The notes: generated by a model not told the origin, from the letters alone. Numbered from the stretch's first letter, positions 1 through 10,160 are shown. The stretch: DNA of 64,000 nt from an uncultured Candidatus Saccharibacteria bacterium (GCA_964652835.1 CAZZCB010000002.1:584-64583), one strand, 5' to 3'. Numbers and translations: made by a program.

Positions 1-59
1 ATTTAGAAAATAGATTTAACAGAACTAAAAATAAATCAGTAGTTGATTTACAAAACGAC

Positions 60-602
60 ATGTCTGATGTTCAAGATCACATGAAATGGTTTTTACCTAA
101 CTCTGGTATCCAAAGAACATGGGGTAAAATAATCAAAATTTTACTTACCTTAAAATCTAATAAAAAAATCACAAATGATGAAATAAAAGAATTCCAAAGA
201 AAAGAATTTGGTAGGCTGAACAGTGATCACTGTAGACTTGAGTTTATGCCTCTTCCATGTCGGTCAACCAAGAAAAAAGATTGGTTTTATAATAAATTTG
301 AAATAGATTATCTTGAAACTAGAAAAAAATATATTGATAAAATAATGCCTTTGAGAATTAAGTTATTTCAAGATCTTATTAAAAAATATAGTCCCAAAAT
401 TATAATTTGCTATTCTTTTAGTTATTTAAAAAAATGGCAAGAAGTTGTTGGATGTGAGTTATTAGATAAATCAAATCTATATTATTGTAAAAATAATGGC
501 AGTAATTTCTTTGTCATACCTCATCCAACCGCTCATGGGATGACAAATAACGATTGGAACCAGATTATGCAAAATATTAAACGGATAAGTTTTTTATCTT
601 AA
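60..602 (+). CDS. Hypothetical protein. Possible uracil-DNA-glycosylase-superfamily-like fold; a C-terminal 'FFVIPHPTAH' resembles the UDG 'HPS' motif.
   Basis: Complete 180-aa ORF with AT-rich codon usage like its neighbours, followed by a hairpin terminator at 647-677. Motif resemblance only; no GE.PG motif. Confidence 0.4.
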   Translation: MSDVQDHMKWFLPNSGIQRTWGKIIKILLTLKSNKKITNDEIKEFQRKEFGRLNSDHCRLEFMPLPCRSTKKKDWFYNKFEIDYLETRKKYIDKIMPLRIKLFQDLIKKYSPKIIICYSFSYLKKWQEVVGCELLDKSNLYYCKNNGSNFFVIPHPTAHGMTNNDWNQIMQNIKRISFLS

Positions 603-646
603 AAAAACTTTAAGAAAGAGTAAAATAGATGTTTTGTAAAAAAATA

Positions 647-677
647 GAGCCCCGACGCACGGGGCTCTTTTGTTTTG
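647..677 (+). terminator. Rho-independent terminator, bidirectional (GAGCCCCG-acgca-CGGGGCTC followed by TTTTGTTTTG).
   Basis: Perfect 8-bp GC stem plus T-run on the + strand. The reverse strand reads hairpin plus TATTTTTTT, so it also serves the convergent gene 693..1436. Confidence 0.6.
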
Positions 678-692
678 TTTGTATTTCAACCG

Positions 693-1436
693 TTAGCGCA
701 AGGTTGGTCGTATTCTTGCGTGTGGCGGGTAAAGTCCGTAAAGAGCGAGTGTTCTGACGAGAAGTTTCTTTTCGTCCCAGCTCAACTCCACGAACTTGTA
801 ATAGGCGTCGGCATAGATAGGTTCTTTTGCTGCATACATCTTTCCTCCTCCATAACCCATCCATCCTTGCTCCATCTTCTGAACATCCCGGTGGCCAACC
901 ACCTTAGGAAGTTTGAAGTGTGGGTAGCCGTTGAAGTACACCTTGTCTCGACTGTGCTTGTCTCGTAAGAGGTTTTTCAATTCCTCTGACTCATCAACAA
1001 GCACTACTTTTCCTTTTGAGAATTCACCGAGATCAAATTCTTCTGGGCGGAATCGTTTCTTCAGCCCGTACTCTTTGAGGTTTCTCGAAAGGTCCCCCAA
1101 AGTCCGGAGCTTTTCCCAGTGGCCCATCCTTTCGATTAACCCTTGGGAAAGTTCGAGTTCGGTGAGAAGTATCTCTTCCGGATTTTCGACCGACGGAAGC
1201 TCCCCCAACCCTTTCTTCCTTTCGTAGAAGGTGGGGTATAGTTGCAGTCCGTAGGCATTCAAGCACCCTATTATGCTTGCGTATGTTACGGAGTGTTTCT
1301 GGAATCTATGATCCTCGAACAACTCCTGTTCCGAGTAGTTGTCGACGAGGTCTTGCAGGGTTTCCACACCCTCAAGATGTGCCAGACTTCGCTTAGCTGC
1401 GTTTGTTAGTCCGAGCTCTTGGTTCTTTATGTTCAT
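693..1436 (-). CDS. Hypothetical protein; compositionally distinct (higher GC) ORFan.
   Basis: 247-aa ORF with markedly higher GC than the flanks. No confident family match; 'VYFNGYPHF...VVGHRD' is loosely phosphoesterase-like. It has its own terminator. Confidence 0.5.
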   Translation of the reverse strand: MNIKNQELGLTNAAKRSLAHLEGVETLQDLVDNYSEQELFEDHRFQKHSVTYASIIGCLNAYGLQLYPTFYERKKGLGELPSVENPEEILLTELELSQGLIERMGHWEKLRTLGDLSRNLKEYGLKKRFRPEEFDLGEFSKGKVVLVDESEELKNLLRDKHSRDKVYFNGYPHFKLPKVVGHRDVQKMEQGWMGYGGGKMYAAKEPIYADAYYKFVELSWDEKKLLVRTLALYGLYPPHARIRPTLR

Positions 1437-1476
1437 GGTGTGTGCTTTTACGTGTATTCTATCATATAAAATTAAT

Positions 1477-1505
1477 TTGTCAAGTATAAAATAAAACAGT
1501 ATAAT
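1477..1505 (+). promoter_or_regulatory. Sigma70-like promoter TTGTCA-N17-TATAAT for uvrB. The -10 ends 6 nt before the ATG, so the transcript is probably leaderless.
   Basis: TTGTCA at 1477-1482, a 17-nt spacer, TATAAT at 1500-1505, ATG at 1512. Confidence 0.45.
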
Positions 1506-1511
1506 AGCCTT

Positions 1512-3536
1512 ATGAAGTTAAAACTCCAAAGTGAATACAAACCAGCCGGTGATCAGCCAGAGGCTATAAAAGGTCTCGTAGAAGGTCTCAAAAAAGGTAT
1601 GCGAAAGCAGACCTTATTAGGTGTGACTGGTTCTGGAAAAACTTTTACTGTTGCGAATGTTATCGAAAAAGTTCAAAAACCAACCCTTGTGATCGCTCAC
1701 AATAAAACTCTGGCCGCACAGCTTGCCAGCGAGTTTAAAGAATTTTTCCCAGAGAACGCTGTGCACTATTTCGTTTCTTACTACGACTACTATCAACCAG
1801 AAGCGTATATGGCGGCGAGCGATACTTATATAGAAAAAGATGCGCAGATAAACGAAGAGATAGATAGACTCCGCCACGCTTCGACGCAGTCACTCCTCAC
1901 GCGTGACGATGTGATCATCGTCGCTTCGGTTTCTTGTATTTACGGACTCGGTTCTCCTGAAGAATACAAACAAAGCAATATGATGCTCACAGTTGGAATG
2001 CAGATTGGCCGAAATGAACTGATGCGAAAGTTCATAAGTATTCACTATGAAAGAACAAATGCTGATTTGAATTCTGGGCAGTTTCGTGCTCTTGGAGGGA
2101 TGATTGAGATAATGCCGATCTCAGAAAACTATATGTACAGGATTAATTTTGCTGGCGAAGCTATTAGCGAGATTATAAAAATCGATCCCGTGTCTTCAAA
2201 GATAGAAGAAAAGCCAGAACATATTTTCGTTTTCCCGGCGAAGCACTTTTTAACAAATGACGACAAAAAAGAAAAAGCGATAAAATCTATCGAAGCGGAA
2301 TTAAAAGACCGGCTTAAAGTTTTAGAGAAAGAAGGAAAAATTCTCGAAGCTGAAAGATTAAAAAGAAGAACGCGTTATGACCTGGCTCTTATAAAAGAAG
2401 TTGGGTATTGTTCTGGTATTGAAAACTATTCGAGACACCTTTCAGGAAAAATGCCAGGCGAAGCTCCAGAAACTTTGCTTTCATATTTTCCTCATGATAA
2501 AGATGGTAAGCCAGAATTCCTAACTGTGATAGACGAATCACACGTGACCTTACCGCAGCTTGGCGCGATGTACGGAGGCGACGCTTCTCGAAAACAAAAT
2601 TTGGTTGAGTACGGTTTCAGACTTCCCTCAGCAAAAGACAACAGACCTCTTCGTCCAGAAGAATTCGACGCGCGCGTCGGTCAGGTTTTGTTTGTTTCTG
2701 CAACGCCGAGCGACAAAGAAAAAGAGCTAAGTGAGCAAATAGTCGAGCAAATAGTTCGCCCGACTGGACTTATCGATCCAATTCTAGAAATCCGTCCAGT
2801 GATAGAAGGAAAGAAATATAAAGGTCAGGTTCATGATTTTATTGACGAAGCAAAAGCTGAGATTAAAAAAGGTGGCAGGGTTATAGCTACGACTTTAACT
2901 AAAAAGATGGCCGAAGATTTGTCAGAGTATTTGAAAAATGAAGGAATAAAAGCTGAGTATGTTCACTCTGACATTAAAACAATAGAAAGAATAAAAATCC
3001 TAACACAGTTCCGAAAAGGGGAGTTCGATATTTTGGTTGGGGTAAACCTGCTTCGCGAAGGTCTTGATTTGCCTGAGGTAACGCTCATTGGAATACTCGA
3101 TGCTGACAAAGAAGGTTTCCTTCGCAGCGAAACTTCTCTAATCCAAACTATCGGACGTGCAGCGAGAAACGTAAACGGTCGCGTTGTTTTATATGCGGAC
3201 TCTATAACGAACTCGATGAAAAAAGCGATAGACGAAACAAACAGAAGAAGAGGCGTTCAAGAAGAATATAATAAAAAACATAAAATAACTCCGAAGACTA
3301 TTATCAAAAAAATCCAGGATATAACGCAGGCGATGGATTCGGATCATAAAAAGGCTGTAAAAAGAGAACTTGAGATTGATGAAAAAATCTTTGCGAAAAA
3401 TCCTAAAAAGCTGATCAAACTTAAAGAAAAACAAATGAATGAAGCTGTGAAGGAGCTCGATTTTGAGACTGCGGCCTTGCTTCGAGATGAGATTCGCGCG
3501 CTGAAGGAGAAGTTCGAGAATTTAAAAGAAGAGTAG
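1512..3536 (+). CDS. uvrB: Excinuclease ABC subunit B (UvrB).
   Basis: 674 aa. Walker A GSGKTFT, helicase motifs, and a C-terminal UvrB/UvrC interaction coiled coil ('ALLRDEIRALKEKFENL'). Confidence 0.95.
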   Translation: MKLKLQSEYKPAGDQPEAIKGLVEGLKKGMRKQTLLGVTGSGKTFTVANVIEKVQKPTLVIAHNKTLAAQLASEFKEFFPENAVHYFVSYYDYYQPEAYMAASDTYIEKDAQINEEIDRLRHASTQSLLTRDDVIIVASVSCIYGLGSPEEYKQSNMMLTVGMQIGRNELMRKFISIHYERTNADLNSGQFRALGGMIEIMPISENYMYRINFAGEAISEIIKIDPVSSKIEEKPEHIFVFPAKHFLTNDDKKEKAIKSIEAELKDRLKVLEKEGKILEAERLKRRTRYDLALIKEVGYCSGIENYSRHLSGKMPGEAPETLLSYFPHDKDGKPEFLTVIDESHVTLPQLGAMYGGDASRKQNLVEYGFRLPSAKDNRPLRPEEFDARVGQVLFVSATPSDKEKELSEQIVEQIVRPTGLIDPILEIRPVIEGKKYKGQVHDFIDEAKAEIKKGGRVIATTLTKKMAEDLSEYLKNEGIKAEYVHSDIKTIERIKILTQFRKGEFDILVGVNLLREGLDLPEVTLIGILDADKEGFLRSETSLIQTIGRAARNVNGRVVLYADSITNSMKKAIDETNRRRGVQEEYNKKHKITPKTIIKKIQDITQAMDSDHKKAVKRELEIDEKIFAKNPKKLIKLKEKQMNEAVKELDFETAALLRDEIRALKEKFENLKEE

Positions 3537-3549
3537 TGGGTATTAGAAA

Positions 3550-3577
3550 GGGCGTCGCTCCCGCGACGCCCTTTTTA
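3550..3577 (+). terminator. Rho-independent terminator after uvrB.
   Basis: GGGCGTCGC-tcc-CGCGACGCCC followed by TTTTT. Confidence 0.7.
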
Positions 3578-3801
3578 GATGCCTTAAGCATCAATTGTGT
3601 GTTCTCTCCAGTGAGAGCTACACGAATGTTTCCATACCGCACCGTATTATGTGCGATCTGATTCACCCCTCGCCAAAAACCTTTGGTTGAAGCTCACGAC
3701 TTTCCGGTTGAAGCCAACTGGATTGTTCGTTTTGCTTCTGTAGATCCAAAGGGCTACGCAACCGATCACAAGCCCTGCGCATGTGAAAATGAAACCGAGG
3801 C

Positions 3802-4023
3802 TCATTGTGTTCGGAATTTTACGCTTTTGATGTAATCACCGGCGCCTTCAAGAAGATCGCTCAGTCTGATGGAATATCTGATGTAAGCGGTCTTTAGGCG
3901 CTCTAACCTGGATTTCCTCCTTTTGTCACTTGGCGTGAGTAGCCAGTGAGCTACGAACGCAGTCCCCATAATGCCGAGCATTACGAAGGCTGTGTCAATG
4001 ATACCGAATTCTTCCATGGGCAA
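3802..4023 (-). CDS. Hypothetical small membrane protein.
   Basis: 73-aa ORF with one hydrophobic helix, in a higher-GC intergenic block between uvrB and uvrA. Confidence 0.25.
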   Translation of the reverse strand: MPMEEFGIIDTAFVMLGIMGTAFVAHWLLTPSDKRRKSRLERLKTAYIRYSIRLSDLLEGAGDYIKSVKFRTQ

Positions 4024-4218
4024 GCTGGTTTAGGTTGTTGGTAAAAAGAACAGTCGAGTGGATAGAGTAACCCAGAAATGATATTTTGGCAAGTGGGGAA
4101 AAATGCACTAAATATAATTACAAAAAAGGTCTTATCAGGAGCTCTTAATTGTGTTATAGTCTCTATATAAACCCCAAAGGAGTTCCGGAGGGGGATTTAT
4201 CGTATTTATATATATTCT

Positions 4219-6867
4219 ATGAAAAAACAAGAATTCGAAGCTGGGAAGATTGTGGTTAAGGGTGCAAAGACTCACAATCTTAAAAATGTAAGCGTTGAAA
4301 TGCCACGAAATAAAATGGTGGTTTTTACTGGTCTTTCTGGTTCTGGTAAATCTTCTCTTGCTTTCGATACTATTTTTGCTGAAGGCCAAAGAAGATACGT
4401 TGAATCTCTTTCTTCTTATGCACGTCAGTTTCTTTCTCAAATGCCAAAACCAGACGTGGATGAAATCACAGGACTTTCTCCGGCTATTTCTATCGACCAA
4501 AAATCACGTTCGAACAACCCGCGTTCAACTGTGGCGACAATAACAGAAATCTACGATTATCTGCGTGTTCTTTATGCGCGTGTTGCCAGACCTTACAGTC
4601 CGATTTCAGGAAAAGAAATTAAAAAACTTTCAAACCAAGAAATCTCAGAATTTGTAAAAAACAAAATTAGAAGTTTAAAAAACTCTCCAAATAAAAAAGC
4701 GGTGATGGGTGTGGAGTACACAGAAGATTCTGTGCATATTTTCTCTCCAGTTGTTCGTGGACGAAAAGGCGAGTATTACCAAATGCTTTACGATTTCCTT
4801 GGCAAAGGATATTCAAAAGTTCGTGTGGACGGAGCGATAAAAAACCTACGCGACTCTATCGATTTATCAAAAAACAAAAAACACGAAATAGATTTGCTTG
4901 TAGATTCTTTTTCTTTTGGCGAAGCGCTGAACAGTACAGAAGATTTTGATATGCGACTTTCAGAAGCCATCGAGCGGGCGATCACAGAGTCAGATGGATT
5001 TGTACGTATTGTTGTTTCTGATTTCCATAACAAAGAAGAGGACAGAGAAAATATTTTAATGTCAGCAAAACTTATTTGCCCTGACGACGGTTATACTTTT
5101 CCAGAAATAGAGCCAAGACTTTTTTCTTTCAACTCACCATACGGAGCGTGTCCAGACTGTAACGGACTAGGAACTAAAAACTTTTTTGGTGATGAAGTTT
5201 GTGATACTTGTCACGGCGACAGACTCCGAGAAGAAGCTCTAAATGTTTTCTTGGGCGACCGAGAAAAAGGGATGAACATAGTAAAGTTCACAAATCAGTC
5301 TATTAAAGAAGCATATGATTTTATTACAAAAATAAAATTTACTAAAAAAGAAAAAGAAATCTCTATTTCTGTTTTGAAAGAAATTGAAGACAGGCTTCTT
5401 TTTATGCTTAACGTGGGACTCGACTATTTAACTCTAAACAGAAAAGCAAACACTCTTTCTGGTGGAGAATCTCAACGTATCAGACTTGCTTCACAGCTGG
5501 GGTCTCGTCTCGTGGGCGCTCTTTACGTACTCGACGAGCCGACTATTGGTCTTCACCAAAGAGACAACGACAAACTAATAAAAACCTTAGAAGACCTAAG
5601 AGATCTTGGAAATACTATAATCGTGGTTGAACACGATGAAGATACTATTTACGCGTCTGACTATATTGTCGACATCGGTCCGAAAGCTGGAGTTCATGGC
5701 GGGGAGATCGTCGTAGCAGATTATCTTGATAAACTTTTATCAGGAAAAGAAAATAAAACAAACTCACGAACAATAGCGTATCTTCGGGAAGAAGAAATTA
5801 TTCCTCTGCCTGAAAGTCGAAGAGATGCGAATAAAGGCTGGATAAAAATAAAAGGTGGAAAAATCTTTAACATAAAAAATATAAATGTTGAGATTCCGCT
5901 CGGCCGGATGACAGCCATAACTGGAGTTTCAGGATCTGGAAAATCTTCTTTCCTTTACGAGATTTTGCATAAAAACCTCCAAGCTCGTTTTGAAAGAAAA
6001 TACAGAAGCGCAAAAACTTTTAACTGCGCCGAATTTTCTGGAACAGAAAATCTAACACGCGCGATACTTATCGATCAGTCACCGATAGGTAGAACTCCGC
6101 GTTCGAATATTGCTACTTATACAGGAGCTTGGAGTCATATTCGTGATATGTTCGCTGCGACAGACGAGGCACGTTTCCGTGGCTTTAAAGCAAATAGATT
6201 TTCTTTTAACGTAAAAGGTGGAAGATGTGAAGCCTGTGAAGGAAAAGGTCTTCAGTCTGTGGAGATGCACTTTTTGCCGACAGTTTATGTGACTTGTGAT
6301 GTTTGTAATGGAAAAAGATTCGACAAAGAAACTCTAAAAGTAAAATACAAAGGTAAAAATGTTTACGATGTTTTGCGAATGACAGTCGAAGAAGGTTTGG
6401 AATTTTTTAATGACATTCCAGCTATTTACGACAGACTTAAAACCCTGTCAGATGTCGGACTCGCATATGTCGAGATTGGTCAACCGGCGACGACTCTTTC
6501 TGGTGGAGAAGCTCAACGTGTAAAAATATCTTCAGAACTTTATCGCCCAATGACAGAGCGAACTATTTACCTACTAGACGAGCCGACGGTTGGACTTCAC
6601 TATGATGACGTGGCGAATTTGATTTCAGTTTTAGATAAATTGGTTTATAAAGGAAATACAGTTGTGGTTATCGAGCACAACTTGGATCTTATAAAAGTCG
6701 TTGACTATATAGTAGACCTTGGACCTGAGGGAGGTGAAAATGGTGGAAAAATTATGGCAAAGGGAACTCCAGAAGAAGTTGCCGATAATGAAAAATCTCA
6801 CACTGGAACATATCTTCGAAAAACTTTGATTAAAACAAAAAGAGCGATGAAAAAAATTTCGAAGTAA
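4219..6867 (+). CDS. uvrA: Excinuclease ABC subunit A (UvrA).
   Basis: 882 aa. Two ABC ATPase modules ([10 protein letters not shown] and GVSGSGKSS Walker A, LSGGE signatures) and CxxC zinc-finger pairs. Confidence 0.95.
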   Translation: MKKQEFEAGKIVVKGAKTHNLKNVSVEMPRNKMVVFTGLSGSGKSSLAFDTIFAEGQRRYVESLSSYARQFLSQMPKPDVDEITGLSPAISIDQKSRSNNPRSTVATITEIYDYLRVLYARVARPYSPISGKEIKKLSNQEISEFVKNKIRSLKNSPNKKAVMGVEYTEDSVHIFSPVVRGRKGEYYQMLYDFLGKGYSKVRVDGAIKNLRDSIDLSKNKKHEIDLLVDSFSFGEALNSTEDFDMRLSEAIERAITESDGFVRIVVSDFHNKEEDRENILMSAKLICPDDGYTFPEIEPRLFSFNSPYGACPDCNGLGTKNFFGDEVCDTCHGDRLREEALNVFLGDREKGMNIVKFTNQSIKEAYDFITKIKFTKKEKEISISVLKEIEDRLLFMLNVGLDYLTLNRKANTLSGGESQRIRLASQLGSRLVGALYVLDEPTIGLHQRDNDKLIKTLEDLRDLGNTIIVVEHDEDTIYASDYIVDIGPKAGVHGGEIVVADYLDKLLSGKENKTNSRTIAYLREEEIIPLPESRRDANKGWIKIKGGKIFNIKNINVEIPLGRMTAITGVSGSGKSSFLYEILHKNLQARFERKYRSAKTFNCAEFSGTENLTRAILIDQSPIGRTPRSNIATYTGAWSHIRDMFAATDEARFRGFKANRFSFNVKGGRCEACEGKGLQSVEMHFLPTVYVTCDVCNGKRFDKETLKVKYKGKNVYDVLRMTVEEGLEFFNDIPAIYDRLKTLSDVGLAYVEIGQPATTLSGGEAQRVKISSELYRPMTERTIYLLDEPTVGLHYDDVANLISVLDKLVYKGNTVVVIEHNLDLIKVVDYIVDLGPEGGENGGKIMAKGTPEEVADNEKSHTGTYLRKTLIKTKRAMKKISK

Positions 6868-7019
6868 TTTTTAAAAGACCAGAATAATCTGACATTAATA
6901 AGTCAGATTTTCTTCCACCTCGGCGATTTTGTAAACAATCGCCTCCGGTGAGCCTTTTTAAAATTACTTCTAGGGGGTAAAAAAAGATTGTGTCCAGTTT
7001 ATAACAGTATAAGAAAGAT

Positions 7020-7058
7020 GAAAAAATAAAAAGAGAGCCCGACTACGTGTCGGGCTCT
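7020..7058 (-). terminator. Rho-independent terminator on the minus strand (AGAGCCCGAC-tacgt-GTCGGGCTCT then a T-run on the minus strand).
   Basis: Perfect 10-bp stem. The minus strand reads hairpin followed by TTTTTATTTTTT. Confidence 0.55.
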
Positions 7059-7324
7059 TGTAATCCACTATCGGAGTGGATAATGACATCGAAAGCGGAT
7101 GGCTCTCTCCATCCGTTCATCTCTATCTGAGTTGGATCATGCTCCATCGGCGCCTCGATTGGCGCAGTATTCACTTCTTTGTTGCTTCGTGTTAAAGAAG
7201 CAACCCAGAAGACAATGAATAGGATAAAAATGCACAGCAGAATCCACCCAAGAACTTTGTCTATTCGGTCAAAAGAGGGTAGTGCTTCCACTACTTCTTT
7301 TTGGTGGTTTTTTTCAGGGTTCAT
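7043..7324 (-). CDS. Hypothetical small membrane protein.
   Basis: 93-aa ORF with a TM helix (VLGWILLCIFILFIVFWVASL), followed by the minus-strand terminator. Its 3' end overlaps the hairpin. Confidence 0.35.
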   Translation of the reverse strand: MNPEKNHQKEVVEALPSFDRIDKVLGWILLCIFILFIVFWVASLTRSNKEVNTAPIEAPMEHDPTQIEMNGWREPSAFDVIIHSDSGLQEPDT

Positions 7325-7359
7325 GGCGAAGGGCTTTTACTTTATGCTATATTTATCCT

Positions 7360-8571
7360 GTGAAAAGTCAAGATTTACCGAAATTAACAGATGGCCCAGG
7401 TGTATACCTCTTTAAAGAAAAAGGGCAGATTTTGTATATTGGGAAAGCGACGTCTCTGCGTGACCGAGTAAAAAGCTACTTCGGAAAAGATTTGTTTAAC
7501 ACTCGCGGGCCTATGGTCCTAGATATGGTTACGAAATCAGATTCTTTAGAATTTTTCCAGACAGACTCTGTCTTAGAAGCTTTGATCCTCGAAGCAAATT
7601 TAATTAAAAAACATCAACCCGTCGCTAACACAAAAGAAAAGGACAATAAAAGTTTTTATGTTGTGGCAATTACCAAGGAAGATATTCCTAAGGTGATAAT
7701 TTTAAGAGAACGTGAACTAAAAACTATAAACTATAAACTAAAAACTACTTTTGGACCTTTTCCGAACGGTTCGGTAATACGTGAAGCACTGCGGATCATC
7801 CGCCGGATTTTTCCATTTCAAGATGAAAACTCTCTAAAGAAAGATCAAAAAGAATTTTACCGACAGCTGGGACTTTCGCCCGACTTTACAAAAAACGACT
7901 TTAAAAATACGTACGAAGAAAACATTGAAAATTTGATTTTATTTTTCAAAGGTAAAAAACGCGAAATAGTAAAAAAACTTGAAAAAGAAATGATGAGCCT
8001 TGCGAAAGAAGAAAAGTTTGAAATGGCAGACGCTTTAAAGAAAAAGATTTTTGCGTTAAACCATATAAAAGATGTTTCTTTAATCAAAAAAGAAAATACA
8101 GAAAACAGAGAAAAAGCTTTTCGTATTGAAGGCTACGACGTTTCTCATACTGGTGGAAGCGAGATGGTAGGTGTGATGACGGTGGTTACAAACGGCGTCA
8201 CGGAAAAATCAGAATACAGAAAATTTAAGATAAAAGGTTTTGATAAGTCTAACGACGTCGGTGCTCTTCGGGAAATTCTTCTTAGACGTTTTGCTCATAC
8301 TGAATGGGTCTACCCAAATATGATTGTTGTCGACGGGTCTGTGGCTCAAAAAAGAGCTACTGAAAAAGTGTTAAATGAAATCGGTGCTGCTATACCTGTT
8401 ATTGCTGTCGTGAAAGATGAACGCCATAAGCCGAAGGCACTTCTGGGTGGTAAAGACTATATAAAGGGTAGGGAAGACGCGATAGTTCTAGCAAACTCCG
8501 AAGCACATAGATTTTCTATTAAATACCATAAGGATCTCCGGGGAAAGAAGTTTCTTGGTATTAAAAAATAA
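7360..8571 (+). CDS. uvrC: Excinuclease ABC subunit C (UvrC), short form lacking the C-terminal HhH domain.
   Basis: GIY-YIG motif 'GPGVYLFKEKGQILYIGKATSLRDRVKSYF', RNaseH-like region 'RIEGYDVSHTGG', 'IVVDGS'. The ORF track opens at GTG 7282; the in-frame GTG at 7360 gives the usual ~12 aa before PGVY. Start uncertain. Confidence 0.8.
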   Translation: MKSQDLPKLTDGPGVYLFKEKGQILYIGKATSLRDRVKSYFGKDLFNTRGPMVLDMVTKSDSLEFFQTDSVLEALILEANLIKKHQPVANTKEKDNKSFYVVAITKEDIPKVIILRERELKTINYKLKTTFGPFPNGSVIREALRIIRRIFPFQDENSLKKDQKEFYRQLGLSPDFTKNDFKNTYEENIENLILFFKGKKREIVKKLEKEMMSLAKEEKFEMADALKKKIFALNHIKDVSLIKKENTENREKAFRIEGYDVSHTGGSEMVGVMTVVTNGVTEKSEYRKFKIKGFDKSNDVGALREILLRRFAHTEWVYPNMIVVDGSVAQKRATEKVLNEIGAAIPVIAVVKDERHKPKALLGGKDYIKGREDAIVLANSEAHRFSIKYHKDLRGKKFLGIKK

Positions 8572-8742
8572 TTTTCCACGTTTTGAACACGGTAAAAACG
8601 AAATCTCGTGTAAAATATAAACATGGATCCCAATAGAAGCCACGGTCGCTTTGGGTTATATAAAATATGAAAAAAGATTTCACTAAAATTAAAAATTTAA
8701 CCACGGTGAGTTGCGATATTGTCGCGACCTGCTTCTAACGGG

Positions 8743-9756
8743 ATGAATTTAAATTCTAAAATAAAAGTCGGTGTTATTCGTGGTGGAATCACTCCAGAAT
8801 ACTACATGTCGCTTGCGGCTGGTTCATACATCTTAAACCATATTCCAAAAGACAAATATCAACCTATCGATATTTTGATAACAAAAGATGGAACTTGGCA
8901 CAAACAAGGCGTGGCTATGGAGCCTCGTGATTTGAAAAAACATGTAGATGTTGTTTTCAATACTTTGTACGGTGTTTATGGTGAAGATGGGAAGCTTCAA
9001 GATTTTCTAGATGAAATCGGTGTGCCGTACGTCGGCTCTGATCCTTTTTCTTCTTCGATGACAGCAAACAAGAAAAAGAAAAAAGAAAGGTTAAACGATC
9101 TCGGAATCAAAACTCCAAAATATTTTATCTTACAAGGTCTTCTAAAAATGGAAGATGAAAAAGAGCAATTAGAATTCCTGCGTAAAAAAGCGATGGATAT
9201 TTTCAGAAAGATTCATCCACCTTGGATTGTAAAACCAGTTTTAGGATCTGCTTCCACCTTCACATATTTAGTTACAACTTTCACTGACCTTATCTACCTA
9301 CTAAACGACCTAGCGGACAAATTCGATGAAATAATCGTCGAAGAGTTTATTGAAGGAGCAGAAGTTGTCTCTGGTATTTTCAACGGACTTCGCGGAGAAG
9401 AAGAATACGTTCTTCCACCTTTTGAAATTCAAAAACCTGGAAAAATACTCGACTACGAAACTAGGTTTAATAAAAAGCACGCACTCCGGATGCTCGACAA
9501 AAAACTCGCAGAGCACAAAGACGCCATCGCAGATATTATGAAAACTTTGCACAAAGAGTTTAACCTGAGCGACTATTCGACAGCGAACCTGATACTTTCT
9601 CCGAAAGGCGGTATTTATGTTATTGAAGTCGACAGTCAGCCGATACTAGGTGAAGGGGAAATCCTGCCTTCTATGATGGAGGAAGTCGGATGTCCCGACC
9701 ATATTTGGATAGATCACTTAATCCAAAGAAGGATAAAAAGAGATGTTTTGGGCTAG
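8743..9756 (+). CDS. ddl: D-alanine--D-alanine ligase.
   Basis: 'KVGVIRGGITPEYYMSLAAG' matches the Ddl N-terminus (GGxSxEhxVSL). 'LYGVYGEDGKLQDFLDEIGVPYVGS' matches the central domain. ATP-grasp C-terminus. ATG at 8743 is preferred over the TTG at 8719. Confidence 0.85.
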   Translation: MNLNSKIKVGVIRGGITPEYYMSLAAGSYILNHIPKDKYQPIDILITKDGTWHKQGVAMEPRDLKKHVDVVFNTLYGVYGEDGKLQDFLDEIGVPYVGSDPFSSSMTANKKKKKERLNDLGIKTPKYFILQGLLKMEDEKEQLEFLRKKAMDIFRKIHPPWIVKPVLGSASTFTYLVTTFTDLIYLLNDLADKFDEIIVEEFIEGAEVVSGIFNGLRGEEEYVLPPFEIQKPGKILDYETRFNKKHALRMLDKKLAEHKDAIADIMKTLHKEFNLSDYSTANLILSPKGGIYVIEVDSQPILGEGEILPSMMEEVGCPDHIWIDHLIQRRIKRDVLG

Positions 9757-9814
9757 GTAAATACATTTTGCAAAAAAAACAAAATTGTGTACAATACTTG
9801 CCATGCCCATAAAA

Positions 9815-9887
9815 GGGCCTATAGCTCAGTTGGTAGAGCAGTCGCTTTGCAAGCGAAAGGTCAGGAGTTCGAATCTCCTTAGGTCCA
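9815..9887 (+). tRNA. tRNA-Ala (anticodon TGC).
   Basis: GGGCCTA acceptor stem, D-arm GCTCAGTTGGTAGAGC, anticodon loop TTTGCAA, T-arm GGAGTTCGAATCTCC. No encoded CCA. Confidence 0.9.
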
Positions 9888-9895
9888 CAACAAAA

Positions 9896-9932
9896 CAAAA
9901 AGCCATCTTGTATTTCAAGATGGCTTTTTGTT
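9896..9932 (+). terminator. Rho-independent terminator after the tRNA.
   Basis: AAAAAGCCATCTTG-tatttc-AAGATGGCTTTTTGTTTTG. Confidence 0.7.
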
Positions 9933-10065
9933 TTGTCTGTGGCCAGCAAAGCACACAAACTGCTTTGTGTGCGTGGAGATTCGAAAAGCGCAGGTATATT
10001 GCGAAGCAATACCGAGCTGGGGTCGAGAACACTTAGGCTTTTTCGAAAACCTGAGAAAAAGACTT

Positions 10066-10092
10066 AGTGATTCGTGACCGAATCTCCTTAGG
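10066..10092 (+). repeat. Direct repeat of the tRNA-Ala 3' end (att-like remnant).
   Basis: 'CCGAATCTCCTTAGGTTCAC' versus the tRNA 3' end 'TCGAATCTCCTTAGGTCCAC' (one mismatch). An inverted copy 'GGAGATTCGAA' also lies at about 9975-9986. Confidence 0.5.
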
Positions 10093-10160
10093 TTCACGCA
10101 CTATTGACATAATTAAAAAATAAGGTAATCTGTAAATCAGAAACCAGAAATCCATATTCC

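Noticed and set aside
3540-4200. Higher-GC 650-bp spacer between uvrB and uvrA, considered as RNase P RNA or another structured RNA
   Set aside because: The conserved RNase P P4 sequences (GGAAAGTCCGGGC / ACAGAACCCGGCTTA) are not present on either strand; only a weak 'GGAAAGTCGTG' occurs on the minus strand. Left as unexplained spacer with a small membrane ORF.
7282-7359. N-terminal 26-aa extension of uvrC from GTG 7282 (ORF-track start)
   Set aside because: The extension overlaps the convergent small membrane ORF and places 38 aa before the GIY-YIG PGVY motif. The in-frame GTG at 7360 gives a canonical N-terminus.
9671-10036. ORFs 9671-10009(-), 9785-10036(+) and 9826-10032(-) overlapping tRNA-Ala and its terminator
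   Set aside because: They overlap a confidently folded tRNA and a terminator hairpin; the translations are low-complexity. Spurious.
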